Below, one piece after another: positions 20,602 through 30,019 of a stretch of 64,000 nt of DNA. Each line of letters starts with the position of its first letter. Within the stretch, counting starts at the first letter, position 1. The notes under the pieces are model-generated. The model saw only the letters and a list, made by a program, of their open reading frames with translations. It was not told the DNA's origin and made no database searches. The position numbers and the translations under genes are program-made. Origin of the DNA: Candidatus Dojkabacteria bacterium (GTDB taxonomy: Bacteria > Patescibacteriota > Dojkabacteria > JAHIVN01); assembly GCA_016932045.1 (NCBI GenBank), contig JAFGDO010000002.1, positions 66,553-130,552 on the forward strand, in the 5' to 3' direction.

Positions 20602-20764
20602 TCTATTATTGATTTTAGAAGATGGCAGTATTAGGCGTCCTTGAATATTTGTCTTGTGAATAAATTTGATTTGAGAGTTCTGCTATTACCTATTACCATT
20701 TGATAATAAATACAAAATTTATATAATGCAACAAGGAATAATTTTTAAATTCTAAACTTCTATT

Positions 20765-21187
20765 ATGGCCACAAGTTATTTTCTAGATAAAGAAAAACAA
20801 CCAACTACACGCAAGATAAATGAAGTTCTTGGAAAATCGAAAAGTTTATGGAAATGCTTAAAAAAATTTGTAGAGGACAGCTATCGGGTCGAGGGAGAAT
20901 ACAAATACTATGGAAAGAACAGTGGGTGGGTGATTCGTTACAAAAAGAGCGGAAGATCTTTGCTAACCTTTAATCCTTTAGAATCTCGGTTTGAAATTTT
21001 AGTAGTTTTAGGTAAGAAGGAAACAGTAGAAGCAAGAAAAGAAAAATTTGGAGCAAACATTACTAATATATTCAAAAAAGCTAAACAGTATCATGACGGA
21101 AAATGGTTGTTTATTACTGTAAGTTCAAAGAAGGACATTGAGGATATCAAGAAGCTTTTAATTATAAAAAGAAAACCAAAGAAGTAA
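20765..21187 (+). CDS. Hypothetical protein (DUF3788-like)
   Basis: ORF only. Confidence 0.25.
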   Translation: MATSYFLDKEKQPTTRKINEVLGKSKSLWKCLKKFVEDSYRVEGEYKYYGKNSGWVIRYKKSGRSLLTFNPLESRFEILVVLGKKETVEARKEKFGANITNIFKKAKQYHDGKWLFITVSSKKDIEDIKKLLIIKRKPKK

Positions 21188-21279
21188 ATGATCAGGGGAT
21201 TTATCTGACGACTTCTTTACTTCTTGGCTTCTGTAATATATTCTAATAGTAGCTCTAGCTATATTTAAGCTTCAATAAG

Positions 21280-22404
21280 TTGCGCAAGAAATTTAAAAAA
21301 ATATTGTACTACCTATTACCTATACTTCTTATTGCTGTTTTTTTTACTTCACCTCAATCTGTTCTATCAGAAGAACCAGAGGGGCTGAGGGTTATACGAG
21401 TAGGTGCTTATGATAATTATCCTAAAATATACACGGATGATAATGGTAATCAAGCAGGGATCTTTCCTGATATACTGAAGTATATTGCTGAAGAGGAAGA
21501 CTGGAAGCTCGAATATGTAAAGGGGACTTGGACTGAGTGTCTTGATAGGCTGGAAAAGGGGGAGATTGATCTAATGGTAGATGTTGCTTATTCGGCTGAG
21601 AGAGGACTTGAGTATGATTTTACTAACGAGACTGTACTTATAAATTGGGGTGTAATTTACTCAAGAAGTGATGCAAATATAAAGTCCATTCCGGATCTTG
21701 AAGGTATGACTATTGCCGTAATGAAGGAAAGCATTCATACTGTCGGAGAGGATAGTATGACAGATTTGGCTCAGAAATTCGAACTAGATGTTACATTTAT
21801 TGAGGTTGAGGATTATCATCAAGTTTTTGAAGCTCTTGAGAAAAAAGAGGCTGACGCAGGAGTAGTAAATAGAATATTTGCAGATACATTTGCAAAAGAT
21901 TATGATGTAACAAGGACTTCCATAGTGATTAATCCAATCAAGCTTAAATTCGCTCTTCCCAAAGATGCTAGTTTAAACGAGTATTTGATTCAAAGAATTG
22001 ATGATCATGTTTATCAACTGAAAAAGGATCCTTACTCAATTTATTATAAATCTCTTGAAGAATACTTAGGCTCACTTGAGGAAGTAAGGGTTGTTGAGAA
22101 CATACCTAAATGGATGCTATTTCTTACTCTTGGTATTGGAGGATTATTAATTGGCTTTTATTTATTTAGTTCAGAGCTGAGGCGGAGAGTCAAGAAAAAG
22201 ACAAGCGAGTTAGAAAAGACAAATAAAGAATTGCAGAATACGATTATTGGCCAGAAGGAAACTCAAAAGGAATTAGAAAGAAAAGAGAATCGGTTAAGGC
22301 AGAAAATCAAAGAATACGAAGAACTCAACCGGCTTGTTGTTAAACGTGAGGTGAGAATGGGGGAGTTAAAGGATATGGTAGAAAAGATGAAGGGGAAGAA
22401 ATAG
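21280..22404 (+). CDS. Family-3 periplasmic solute-binding domain, then a TM helix and a coiled coil (sensor-like, no kinase domain)
   Basis: The SBP_bac_3-like segment runs VGAYDNYPKIYTDDNGNQAGIFPD...MVDVAYSAERG. It is followed by TM MLFLTLGIGGLLIGFYLF and a K/E-rich coil. Confidence 0.5.
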   Translation: MRKKFKKILYYLLPILLIAVFFTSPQSVLSEEPEGLRVIRVGAYDNYPKIYTDDNGNQAGIFPDILKYIAEEEDWKLEYVKGTWTECLDRLEKGEIDLMVDVAYSAERGLEYDFTNETVLINWGVIYSRSDANIKSIPDLEGMTIAVMKESIHTVGEDSMTDLAQKFELDVTFIEVEDYHQVFEALEKKEADAGVVNRIFADTFAKDYDVTRTSIVINPIKLKFALPKDASLNEYLIQRIDDHVYQLKKDPYSIYYKSLEEYLGSLEEVRVVENIPKWMLFLTLGIGGLLIGFYLFSSELRRRVKKKTSELEKTNKELQNTIIGQKETQKELERKENRLRQKIKEYEELNRLVVKREVRMGELKDMVEKMKGKK

Positions 22405-22528
22405 TGTTTAAATCTGCAATCAACAGTCTAACATCGAACATCAAACTTACAACTCATTACTCATATCTCACAACTGGTAGCTTTATAGCTTCAGACCAAG
22501 TAACCATCCTGCTATGTAACAATTTCTC

Positions 22529-23446
22529 TTACTCCTGCACACACGTTCCGTATCCATAGTAGTAGTCGACATTGACCGATTGACAGTCACTGTATGATGA
22601 GTAAGGACCGGAACTATAAGGAGCAGAACCAGATCTCCAGGCAGCCTCAGGCGCATATAAATACCATACTTCATTAACTGTAAACCATTCTTCGATGACA
22701 TCTCCATTCCTGCTGTGACTTGGAATTAACATCTCTCCTAAAAAATCAAAGAAACCGGAGAAATATAGGATAGTAAAAGTTACTATTATAGCAATAATTA
22801 TTACGATGGCATTTCCCGTTGATGTTTGAGCAAATTTTACCTCTCTAACTGGTTCAATCGCAGGCGTTGTAAGTTCTCTGTCGATTGTCCGGTTATTTGC
22901 CCAAAGGATAAAGCCGATGAAAAGTAATACTAAAATAAATAGGAATGAAGGGCAGAATTGTTCAGCTTGATCTGGTTCAAGCCATTTATCTACGACAGAC
23001 TCAGATATTCCTGTGATAAAGATATGAATCTTGAACCAGTAAAAAGTAATTATTAAAGTAATTGTAGATACTATATAAATAATACTTTTTATCCAGAAGA
23101 ATCTATGGAAGATTTTTCCTTTAATCAGCTCACAAGCAGACTGCTCCTTTATTTTAGTCCATTTTAAGAAGATGTATGAATATGAAGAAAGAATTATAAA
23201 CAAGATAAGAAATAGTAGAAGGGAAGGGTCGGTCAAAGCTTTCGTCAAATTCTGGTCAAGCGTATCGCCGAGCAACTTTTCAATTATATTCGAAAGTATA
23301 TCAAAGAAACCAATGAGGTATAAGATAAATGTAAAAATAAAAAAAAGCGTTAATGGAATAATATCCTTTATTTGAATAAAAGGTTCCTTGCTTTTTTCCT
23401 TTTTTTCTTGAGACTTTTTTGGTAATTTCTCCACCATTTTTTGCAT
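22529..23446 (-). CDS. Hypothetical polytopic membrane protein
   Basis: Hydropathy only. Confidence 0.3.
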   Translation of the reverse strand: MQKMVEKLPKKSQEKKEKSKEPFIQIKDIIPLTLFFIFTFILYLIGFFDILSNIIEKLLGDTLDQNLTKALTDPSLLLFLILFIILSSYSYIFLKWTKIKEQSACELIKGKIFHRFFWIKSIIYIVSTITLIITFYWFKIHIFITGISESVVDKWLEPDQAEQFCPSFLFILVLLFIGFILWANNRTIDRELTTPAIEPVREVKFAQTSTGNAIVIIIAIIVTFTILYFSGFFDFLGEMLIPSHSRNGDVIEEWFTVNEVWYLYAPEAAWRSGSAPYSSGPYSSYSDCQSVNVDYYYGYGTCVQE

Positions 23447-23912
23447 TAAATGATGCTAATAATATAGCATAACTGAAGGATGTATAGAAGATTATTATCA
23501 AGGGGCATTCTGGTCCCTGAGTTTTACTCTGGGACCAGAAGTTTCTTAGTGCTTATTCTGCAAAACCAAACTCCATACCTTTATTAGGGCCCGCTCTAGC
23601 TTAAATTCCTTTAGCTAATCCTTCCTGAGCTAGTACTGGAAAAGTAAAAGCTACTAAGTCTAGGATAGCAATTATCGGAATTGCTATTAGTGCCATTATC
23701 TTTTTACTCACCTTAATAATATAAGAATTTAGATAAAAATTTTAGGTGGGCTAATCCCCTGTGCGTTGAAAGTTTTTCTTCCTCTCATATACGAGGAAAA
23801 AAGAGTATTTGTTTCACTCCCAACTGGTAAGAGAGGTACTAGATTTTTCCGATTTAACTTAATAAAAGAAATAAGTTAAAATTCATAAAAGTAATTTTTG
23901 CAGGATTAGCTA

Positions 23913-25256
23913 ATGGAGAGCTTGATTAAGTTTTTTGCAGATATTGGCGTACGCTTAAGAAAAGTTTTTGGAAAATTAGATCTTGAAAAGGGTTCTAATT
24001 TTTTATTAGCGAGCCTATTTTCTATTCTTATTCTTGTATATCAAATTCCCTCATTTCTTTTTCGTCGGAAAGAATCCTTTACTAATTATTTTATCGGAGA
24101 TGACGCGCCCCAAGAGGTTTCGGTTCTCCCAATTGCTTCACAAATTATTGTTCTACTTGTATTTGCTTTTATTCTTTATAAACTTGTCTTAACTAAGAAG
24201 ATTAAAGTCACAGTATTTTGTCTTTTTTTGTTTTCATTTCTTCACTTATTCACTTGGGGTATACTTATAAAATCTGGATGGAATTCAAACTTTTTATTAT
24301 CTCCCTTATTTTTCATTCTATTTTGGCTTGTGGGACTGGCTGGGCGTTATAGTGATGAGACAAGCAAAATGAATGGTTTAAAACAAGCGGTCTCCCAGTA
24401 TGTGAATCCACAGATTCTAGAAAGAATTCTAACTAACCCGAAATCACTAAGGCTTGGAGGTCAGACAAGAACTATGACAGTTCTTTTCACAGACATAAGA
24501 AACTTTACAACGATCTCCGAAAACTCTCAGGCAAAAGATCTTATTACTTTTGTTAATGATTATTTTAACAGCATTACGCAAACTATCCTGAGAAATGATG
24601 GAACGATTGATAAGTTTGCCGGCGATTCACTTATGGCTTTTTGGAATGCACCTCTTGCTGATCCTGAACATTCATTAAGAGCCTGTATTACCGCACTAAA
24701 AATCGTGCAAGATGTCTCTTCTTTTAATGAAGAACATAAAAAGAAGAAGGGTTTTCCGAGAATTGAGACCGGCATTGGTATAAATACCGGAAGAATAATA
24801 GTCGGCAATGTCGGAAGTAGTAGAAGATTCGACTATACTGTTCTTGGGGATGATGTAAATGTTGCCTCTCGTCTCGAAAGTCTTACAAAGATATACAAGG
24901 TTCCGATAATGCTAGGTCATAATACGGTACTTGCATTGAAAAGAGTAGCAAAATTTAGCGAGTTCAGTATAAGACTTTTAGATATCGTCAAAGTAAAGGG
25001 CAAGGGAAAGAATATTGGTATCTATGAACTTATGGGGCCAAGGGAGGAAAAACTGGAAGGATTTGTATCTATATATGAGGAAGCATTTAATTTATACAAG
25101 GAAGGGAAATTTAATGAGGCTTCTTCGAAGTTTATACAGATACTGAGTGAAAGAAATGATTACCCTAGTAAAATGATGCTTGTTAGGTGTTATCAATTTA
25201 TGGAGGAAGCTCCAAAAGCCGATTGGGATGGTACGTGGGAGTGGGGAAGTAAGTAG
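23913..25256 (+). CDS. Membrane-anchored class III adenylate cyclase
   Basis: Motifs LFTDIRNFT, IDKFAGDS and LGDDVNVASRLES. The K and D specificity residues point to adenylate. Confidence 0.8.
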   Translation: MESLIKFFADIGVRLRKVFGKLDLEKGSNFLLASLFSILILVYQIPSFLFRRKESFTNYFIGDDAPQEVSVLPIASQIIVLLVFAFILYKLVLTKKIKVTVFCLFLFSFLHLFTWGILIKSGWNSNFLLSPLFFILFWLVGLAGRYSDETSKMNGLKQAVSQYVNPQILERILTNPKSLRLGGQTRTMTVLFTDIRNFTTISENSQAKDLITFVNDYFNSITQTILRNDGTIDKFAGDSLMAFWNAPLADPEHSLRACITALKIVQDVSSFNEEHKKKKGFPRIETGIGINTGRIIVGNVGSSRRFDYTVLGDDVNVASRLESLTKIYKVPIMLGHNTVLALKRVAKFSEFSIRLLDIVKVKGKGKNIGIYELMGPREEKLEGFVSIYEEAFNLYKEGKFNEASSKFIQILSERNDYPSKMMLVRCYQFMEEAPKADWDGTWEWGSK

Positions 25257-25276
25257 AATCTATCAGTACTTACATT

Positions 25277-26239
25277 TTGTTAAAGTTAGTTAGTGTAGTT
25301 ATGATTTACATCATTATTGGATTAGCAACTGTTACATCAATTTATTTAGTTCTGTGTTATTTCCTTGCCGGAACTATAATCTACCTTGATCGCCAATCAG
25401 TGCCTAAAAATCCAAGCGACTATGGTATGGACTTTGAAGATATAGAATTTCAAGCATCGGACGGAGTGAATATTAGAGGTTGGCTTATCCCCGGATCTTC
25501 AAGTAAGTTAGTAATAATGACTCATGTCGGAGGCCTAACAAAATATGGTTCAACAAAGGAATTTAGAAGTTTATCTAAACTATATAATGAGGAAATAGAA
25601 TTCTTAAAAACAGCAAAACATCTATATAAGAAAGGATATGCCATTCTTATGTTTGATTTTAGGAATCACGGAGAAAGTGATCCTAGTCCAAATAAAGGAA
25701 TTGCAGGGGTAGGATTGGAGGAATACAGGGATGTTGTAGCAGCTATGCATTTCATTAAGTATAGAAAAGATTTACGTGAGAAGGAAGTGGGCTTTGTGAG
25801 CTACTGTATGGGAGCAAATTCTACAATAATTGCAATGAGTAAAAACCCAGAGGCTTTCGGAAAGGTTAAGTGTCTTTTTGCTATTCAGCCTATATCCATG
25901 GAAGTGTTTATCCGGACCTATGCCAAAAAAATATTCACTCCACTGGGAGCAAAGCTTCTCTTGCCTATGATTAAGCAATTTATAGTCTTACGAGGTGGAG
26001 AACCATTAGAAAAGATGTCTCCTAAAGGTTATGCAAGAGATTTAAATGTTCCAACAATGTATGTTCAAGCACGGAATGATCCCTGGACAGAACTTTCTGA
26101 TATTCAAGGTTTTTACGAGGAAACTCCAGGGACGAAAAAATTTTTCTGGATTGAAGATACAAAGCACCGATTTGAATCTTATAGCTATTTTGAGGAAAAA
26201 CCTAAAAAGATGCTTGAGTGGTTAGAGAAATGGATGTGA
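25277..26239 (+). CDS. Alpha/beta hydrolase-fold protein
   Basis: Length and fold pattern. The nucleophile region is YCMGANS. Confidence 0.35.
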   Translation: MLKLVSVVMIYIIIGLATVTSIYLVLCYFLAGTIIYLDRQSVPKNPSDYGMDFEDIEFQASDGVNIRGWLIPGSSSKLVIMTHVGGLTKYGSTKEFRSLSKLYNEEIEFLKTAKHLYKKGYAILMFDFRNHGESDPSPNKGIAGVGLEEYRDVVAAMHFIKYRKDLREKEVGFVSYCMGANSTIIAMSKNPEAFGKVKCLFAIQPISMEVFIRTYAKKIFTPLGAKLLLPMIKQFIVLRGGEPLEKMSPKGYARDLNVPTMYVQARNDPWTELSDIQGFYEETPGTKKFFWIEDTKHRFESYSYFEEKPKKMLEWLEKWM

Positions 26240-26301
26240 GAATTCCCTAAATGTAACTTTTGTTCGGGAGTTAAATTTTAATACTGGTTAGCGCCAACAA
26301 G

Positions 26302-26323
26302 ACAAGGGGTTTAAACCCCTTGT
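26302..26323. repeat. 22-bp perfect palindrome acaaggggtttaaaccccttgt, copy 1
   Basis: Identical to 51405..51426. Lies between gene 3' ends. Confidence 0.7.
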
Positions 26324-26364
26324 TAGAAAAAATTGCGAAACTGAAGTTTTCTCACTAAAATTTT

Positions 26365-27228
26365 TCATTTAATGATTCTTTTATCTATTCGTATGTCATA
26401 AGATTTATAGCGCAAGCAGTAACCAGCCACTTTATTTGCAAATTCTATACTTTTTGCATCATCTCTGGTTTGAAAAAATTTGTAAGCAAAACTTGCACTA
26501 AAGATATCACCCGAACCTGTGGAGTCGACTATTTTCGGAGCTTCCTTTGTTGGGAAATTTATAACTTTTGTTTTAGTGATTAGATCGGCTCCGGATATTA
26601 AATCAGCCCCGTCCTTCCCTTTTGTAATGATTACTTTACTTTTATTACCGTTGAGCCACTTTTTAGAAAGATTCGCGATGTCAGGGTAGTCCTCATCCGA
26701 TAGAATAGTAAAATCAAAAAGATACAAGAGATCAGATGCCTCTTTAAATTCTCTAAACCCAACTCTATCTTTTCCATCAAACCTTCTGAAGTATCCTTGA
26801 GGGAGTAGTATTTTCAGAGTGTTAGAATTAAATCGCGTAATTTTATTAACAAAATCCGTAGGATAATTTGCAAGGATTGGAGAGACAAATAATATATCTG
26901 TATTTTTTAGAATTTGTATTACCTTGCTATCGGTGTTAATTGGTGGAGAGTTGTATCTATTTAAAGCATATTGGGTTCTTTTTTTGTTTTTTACAATATT
27001 TTTATAAACAAGAGTCTTTTTAAATTGAGGTACTTTCGGATAAATTTGAGTCTTCTCATTATACTTTTCGAAGTCCAATCCTTGATGAGAAAGTACTTTT
27101 ATTGAGGTATCCGGAAATTGTTTTAATATTTTTGTTATAAAAATAGCAGGACTTCCAGCAGCTTCATATTTTGCATTCTCAACCTCATTCCTGTCTATAC
27201 AAACGTGGCCTACAATAGTTATATCCAT
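26365..27228 (-). CDS. PfkB-family carbohydrate kinase
   Basis: The C-terminal DSTGSGDIF is the PfkB signature 2. Confidence 0.65.
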   Translation of the reverse strand: MDITIVGHVCIDRNEVENAKYEAAGSPAIFITKILKQFPDTSIKVLSHQGLDFEKYNEKTQIYPKVPQFKKTLVYKNIVKNKKRTQYALNRYNSPPINTDSKVIQILKNTDILFVSPILANYPTDFVNKITRFNSNTLKILLPQGYFRRFDGKDRVGFREFKEASDLLYLFDFTILSDEDYPDIANLSKKWLNGNKSKVIITKGKDGADLISGADLITKTKVINFPTKEAPKIVDSTGSGDIFSASFAYKFFQTRDDAKSIEFANKVAGYCLRYKSYDIRIDKRIIK

Positions 27229-27652
27229 TTCGGGTGGTAAAAATATTTCAGGTGAGATTATATAATAGTTACTTTATAGAAGACCAATAAGATTTATTGA
27301 TGTCATGATTACTTTATTAAATGTTTCGTGTAACTGTTCTTTTTTTAAGGAGTTCAACTTCTGAAGTGTGTTTATAGCATCGATCCTTTAATCCGTCCGA
27401 TTTTCTAGGATAATATTCACAGAAAGAATAGAGAATTTACTAAAAGTATTATCTGGTGTATCAATAGTAGTATCCGGTATTATTGCCTCCTTTTGTGGAA
27501 TGACAGGATTATCTGACTTACTAAAAATATTGATAAATTCGATACTTGGTAGGATTGCGATGGTAGTGATTGGCTTGAGTTATTTTACTATTGGTCTCTG
27601 GAAAGTAGGGCGTATTCAAAAATCTGGTTCTAAATCGGATATGTGATTCTTG

Positions 27653-29803
27653 CTAGAAGTAGGTCAAAAACACATCTTTTCCTCCATTGGTATTCCTGTA
27701 CAAACTGCCACCAGATAAATCAAAGTTTACATTATAGCTTGCAAAATAACCTGAAATAAAAGTTTTACCACTGGAGTATCCTATTCCAAGTCCTTCATCT
27801 GATCCCGCCCCTCCAAATATTTTAGTTCCAATGTACCCTCCTGAGGTAGTGTATTCTAGTGCAAATACATCTTTTGCCCCGTTTGAAATAAAGCCTGAGG
27901 TTCCACCTAATTGTACACTTTGACCCTGAAAGTAGCCTGTAATTGCGATACCTTTGCCATTTAATACTATATCTGATCCAATATCATCGTATGCTCCTCC
28001 GAAAGAATATAGCCATCTATATGTACCATCTGTCATATAGCTAGCTACCAATACATCAAAGTTGTCTGTTCGTCCTGTGTATCCTGTTATGTATACATTT
28101 GTTGAATCGGTAATGATACTTAGTCCTGAGTCGTTATATAAATCACCAAATGTTTCGGTCCACCGTACTACTTCAAGATAGGGGTCATACGACCTTACAA
28201 ATCCGTCATGTACTGTCCCGGTGAAGGAACCGGTAATATAAACATTTCCCTTGTTATCAACGGTAACACCTTGTCCATAGTCGTCACAGTTTGCAATTTC
28301 AAAACTTGTTGTGGTGACATAAGTGCCATTGGTTCCTGCTTTTAAAGCAAAACCCTCTGAACAGCCATTCGTGACTAAATGATCGTCAACTCCAGGTCCC
28401 CAATCAAAATCAATTGGACCGTTATAATAATATCCAGTTACATATAGGTAAGTACCTGAGAAGTCTATTGCAACAGCCTTTGCGTTTGTAGAATGTCCAT
28501 CTATACCAACAGTTTCAACCCATGAAAGACTTCCGTTCGGAAGATATTTTACAACGAACATTCCTGTTGTATTGTAGCAATTTCGTACGGAACTCGAACT
28601 ATTTATATCAAATGGAAAACTACCAACACAGTAGCCTACTGCATATATATTTCCCCCCGGATCTACTGATATCGCTTCACCACCATCACTACTTGTACCA
28701 CCGAATGTCTGTGTCCAGGCATATGATCCATCGGCGTTATATTTTGTAATAAAAGCATCAGTACCTCCGTTTGAGCTGTGGAGATCTTTCCCGCCGGTGT
28801 CATCAAAATTTACATTTGAACCCGTGAAGTATCCAGTTATGTATTTATTTCCATAAATATCTATTGCTAAGTCACTACCGATATCATCATAAGCTCCGCC
28901 AAATGTATGAATCTGGTTTGATACGATGGGTATAATCGGAGTCCAAGGACTTGTGTACCCAGGGTAGGTATAAGTACCACCTGTTTGAGGAAGCTCTAGT
29001 TCTTCAATTTCTTTTTCTATTGCTTCAAGAAATTGCTCGCCACACCATTTGAATTCTTCAACATTTTCTGCCTTATCTAAACAATCAATAAATTCATACC
29101 AGCTTGTTTGTAATGGTTCGTATACTGATATAAATTGTTTTATTTCCTCAAGAGTTTGAATCAGTTTCATCTTATCGTCATTATTCTCAAACGAAAAGCC
29201 CTCTTCTAGTAAGATCTCACTTATAGATTCTTCTACATTTTTTAACTTAAGAAGTAATTCTCCTGTATCAGTAAAACAGTTTGTGATACCAGGGCTGGTT
29301 TCGCACCCAAACTTTGTACCTCTTACCGAAGCAACTGTATTTGAAGTTTCAACAGTGTAATCAGAATCTTTTCCAAGTAACTTCTCAACCTTTGACCAGG
29401 TTTTTCCAAAGGTTTGCTGTATCTTCACTTTGATACTCTTTTCTTCTGTTTCCTTGTATGTTTCTAGTTTAATTTCTGTTTCTGAGTCAATGGCTAGTAA
29501 ACTACCATCTGAAAAGACTATATAGCCCACTCCTGTTTCATCTGTTTGAATGGTATCTCCCTCATATACTGTGGTTTCTTCACCAAGGTTCTTTAGTTCC
29601 TGTCCGTTCCTTTCGATGGTAATGTCACTACTTACTACATAAAGACTTGCTTTTGTTAGCTTTTCTTCTGTTACTTGACCAGGAAGCTTTTCCGTCGGCT
29701 CTTCTTCGGATTTTAGTGAAAGACTTAAAATGACGGTGAGGACTATTATTGCAACTATAGAAAGACCTATTACTACGATAACATTTTTCTTTTTATCTGT
29801 CAT
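27653..29803 (-). CDS. Secreted protein with a FecR-like domain and SBBP beta-propeller repeats
   Basis: N-terminal TM. Repeated units of the form GG..D.G..I..D..GN.Y.TG. Confidence 0.45.
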   Translation of the reverse strand: MTDKKKNVIVVIGLSIVAIIVLTVILSLSLKSEEEPTEKLPGQVTEEKLTKASLYVVSSDITIERNGQELKNLGEETTVYEGDTIQTDETGVGYIVFSDGSLLAIDSETEIKLETYKETEEKSIKVKIQQTFGKTWSKVEKLLGKDSDYTVETSNTVASVRGTKFGCETSPGITNCFTDTGELLLKLKNVEESISEILLEEGFSFENNDDKMKLIQTLEEIKQFISVYEPLQTSWYEFIDCLDKAENVEEFKWCGEQFLEAIEKEIEELELPQTGGTYTYPGYTSPWTPIIPIVSNQIHTFGGAYDDIGSDLAIDIYGNKYITGYFTGSNVNFDDTGGKDLHSSNGGTDAFITKYNADGSYAWTQTFGGTSSDGGEAISVDPGGNIYAVGYCVGSFPFDINSSSSVRNCYNTTGMFVVKYLPNGSLSWVETVGIDGHSTNAKAVAIDFSGTYLYVTGYYYNGPIDFDWGPGVDDHLVTNGCSEGFALKAGTNGTYVTTTSFEIANCDDYGQGVTVDNKGNVYITGSFTGTVHDGFVRSYDPYLEVVRWTETFGDLYNDSGLSIITDSTNVYITGYTGRTDNFDVLVASYMTDGTYRWLYSFGGAYDDIGSDIVLNGKGIAITGYFQGQSVQLGGTSGFISNGAKDVFALEYTTSGGYIGTKIFGGAGSDEGLGIGYSSGKTFISGYFASYNVNFDLSGGSLYRNTNGGKDVFLTYF

Positions 29804-30019
29804 TGAGGTAAATATAATTTATTGTTCAACCTGCCCGCTAGCAAGTTGAGAATTTCTACTACGAGAAAAATCGAACGATCTAATTTTTTTATAAATAAAA
29901 TATTCCTGGTTTAATTTATTGTGATATCAAAGAATGGGGTCTTCATCTTTTCAGGTTTACAATGAGATCATCCACTTTAGTGTAATTCATACTAACAACT
30001 TGATTTTCTTGCGTCAACT

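Noticed and set aside
27392-27646. Open frame encoding a hydrophobic roughly 85-aa peptide in the 27229-27652 spacer
   Set aside because: No in-frame ATG/GTG/TTG until codon 37 and no RBS. The in-frame ATG would give only 47 aa. It is left unannotated.
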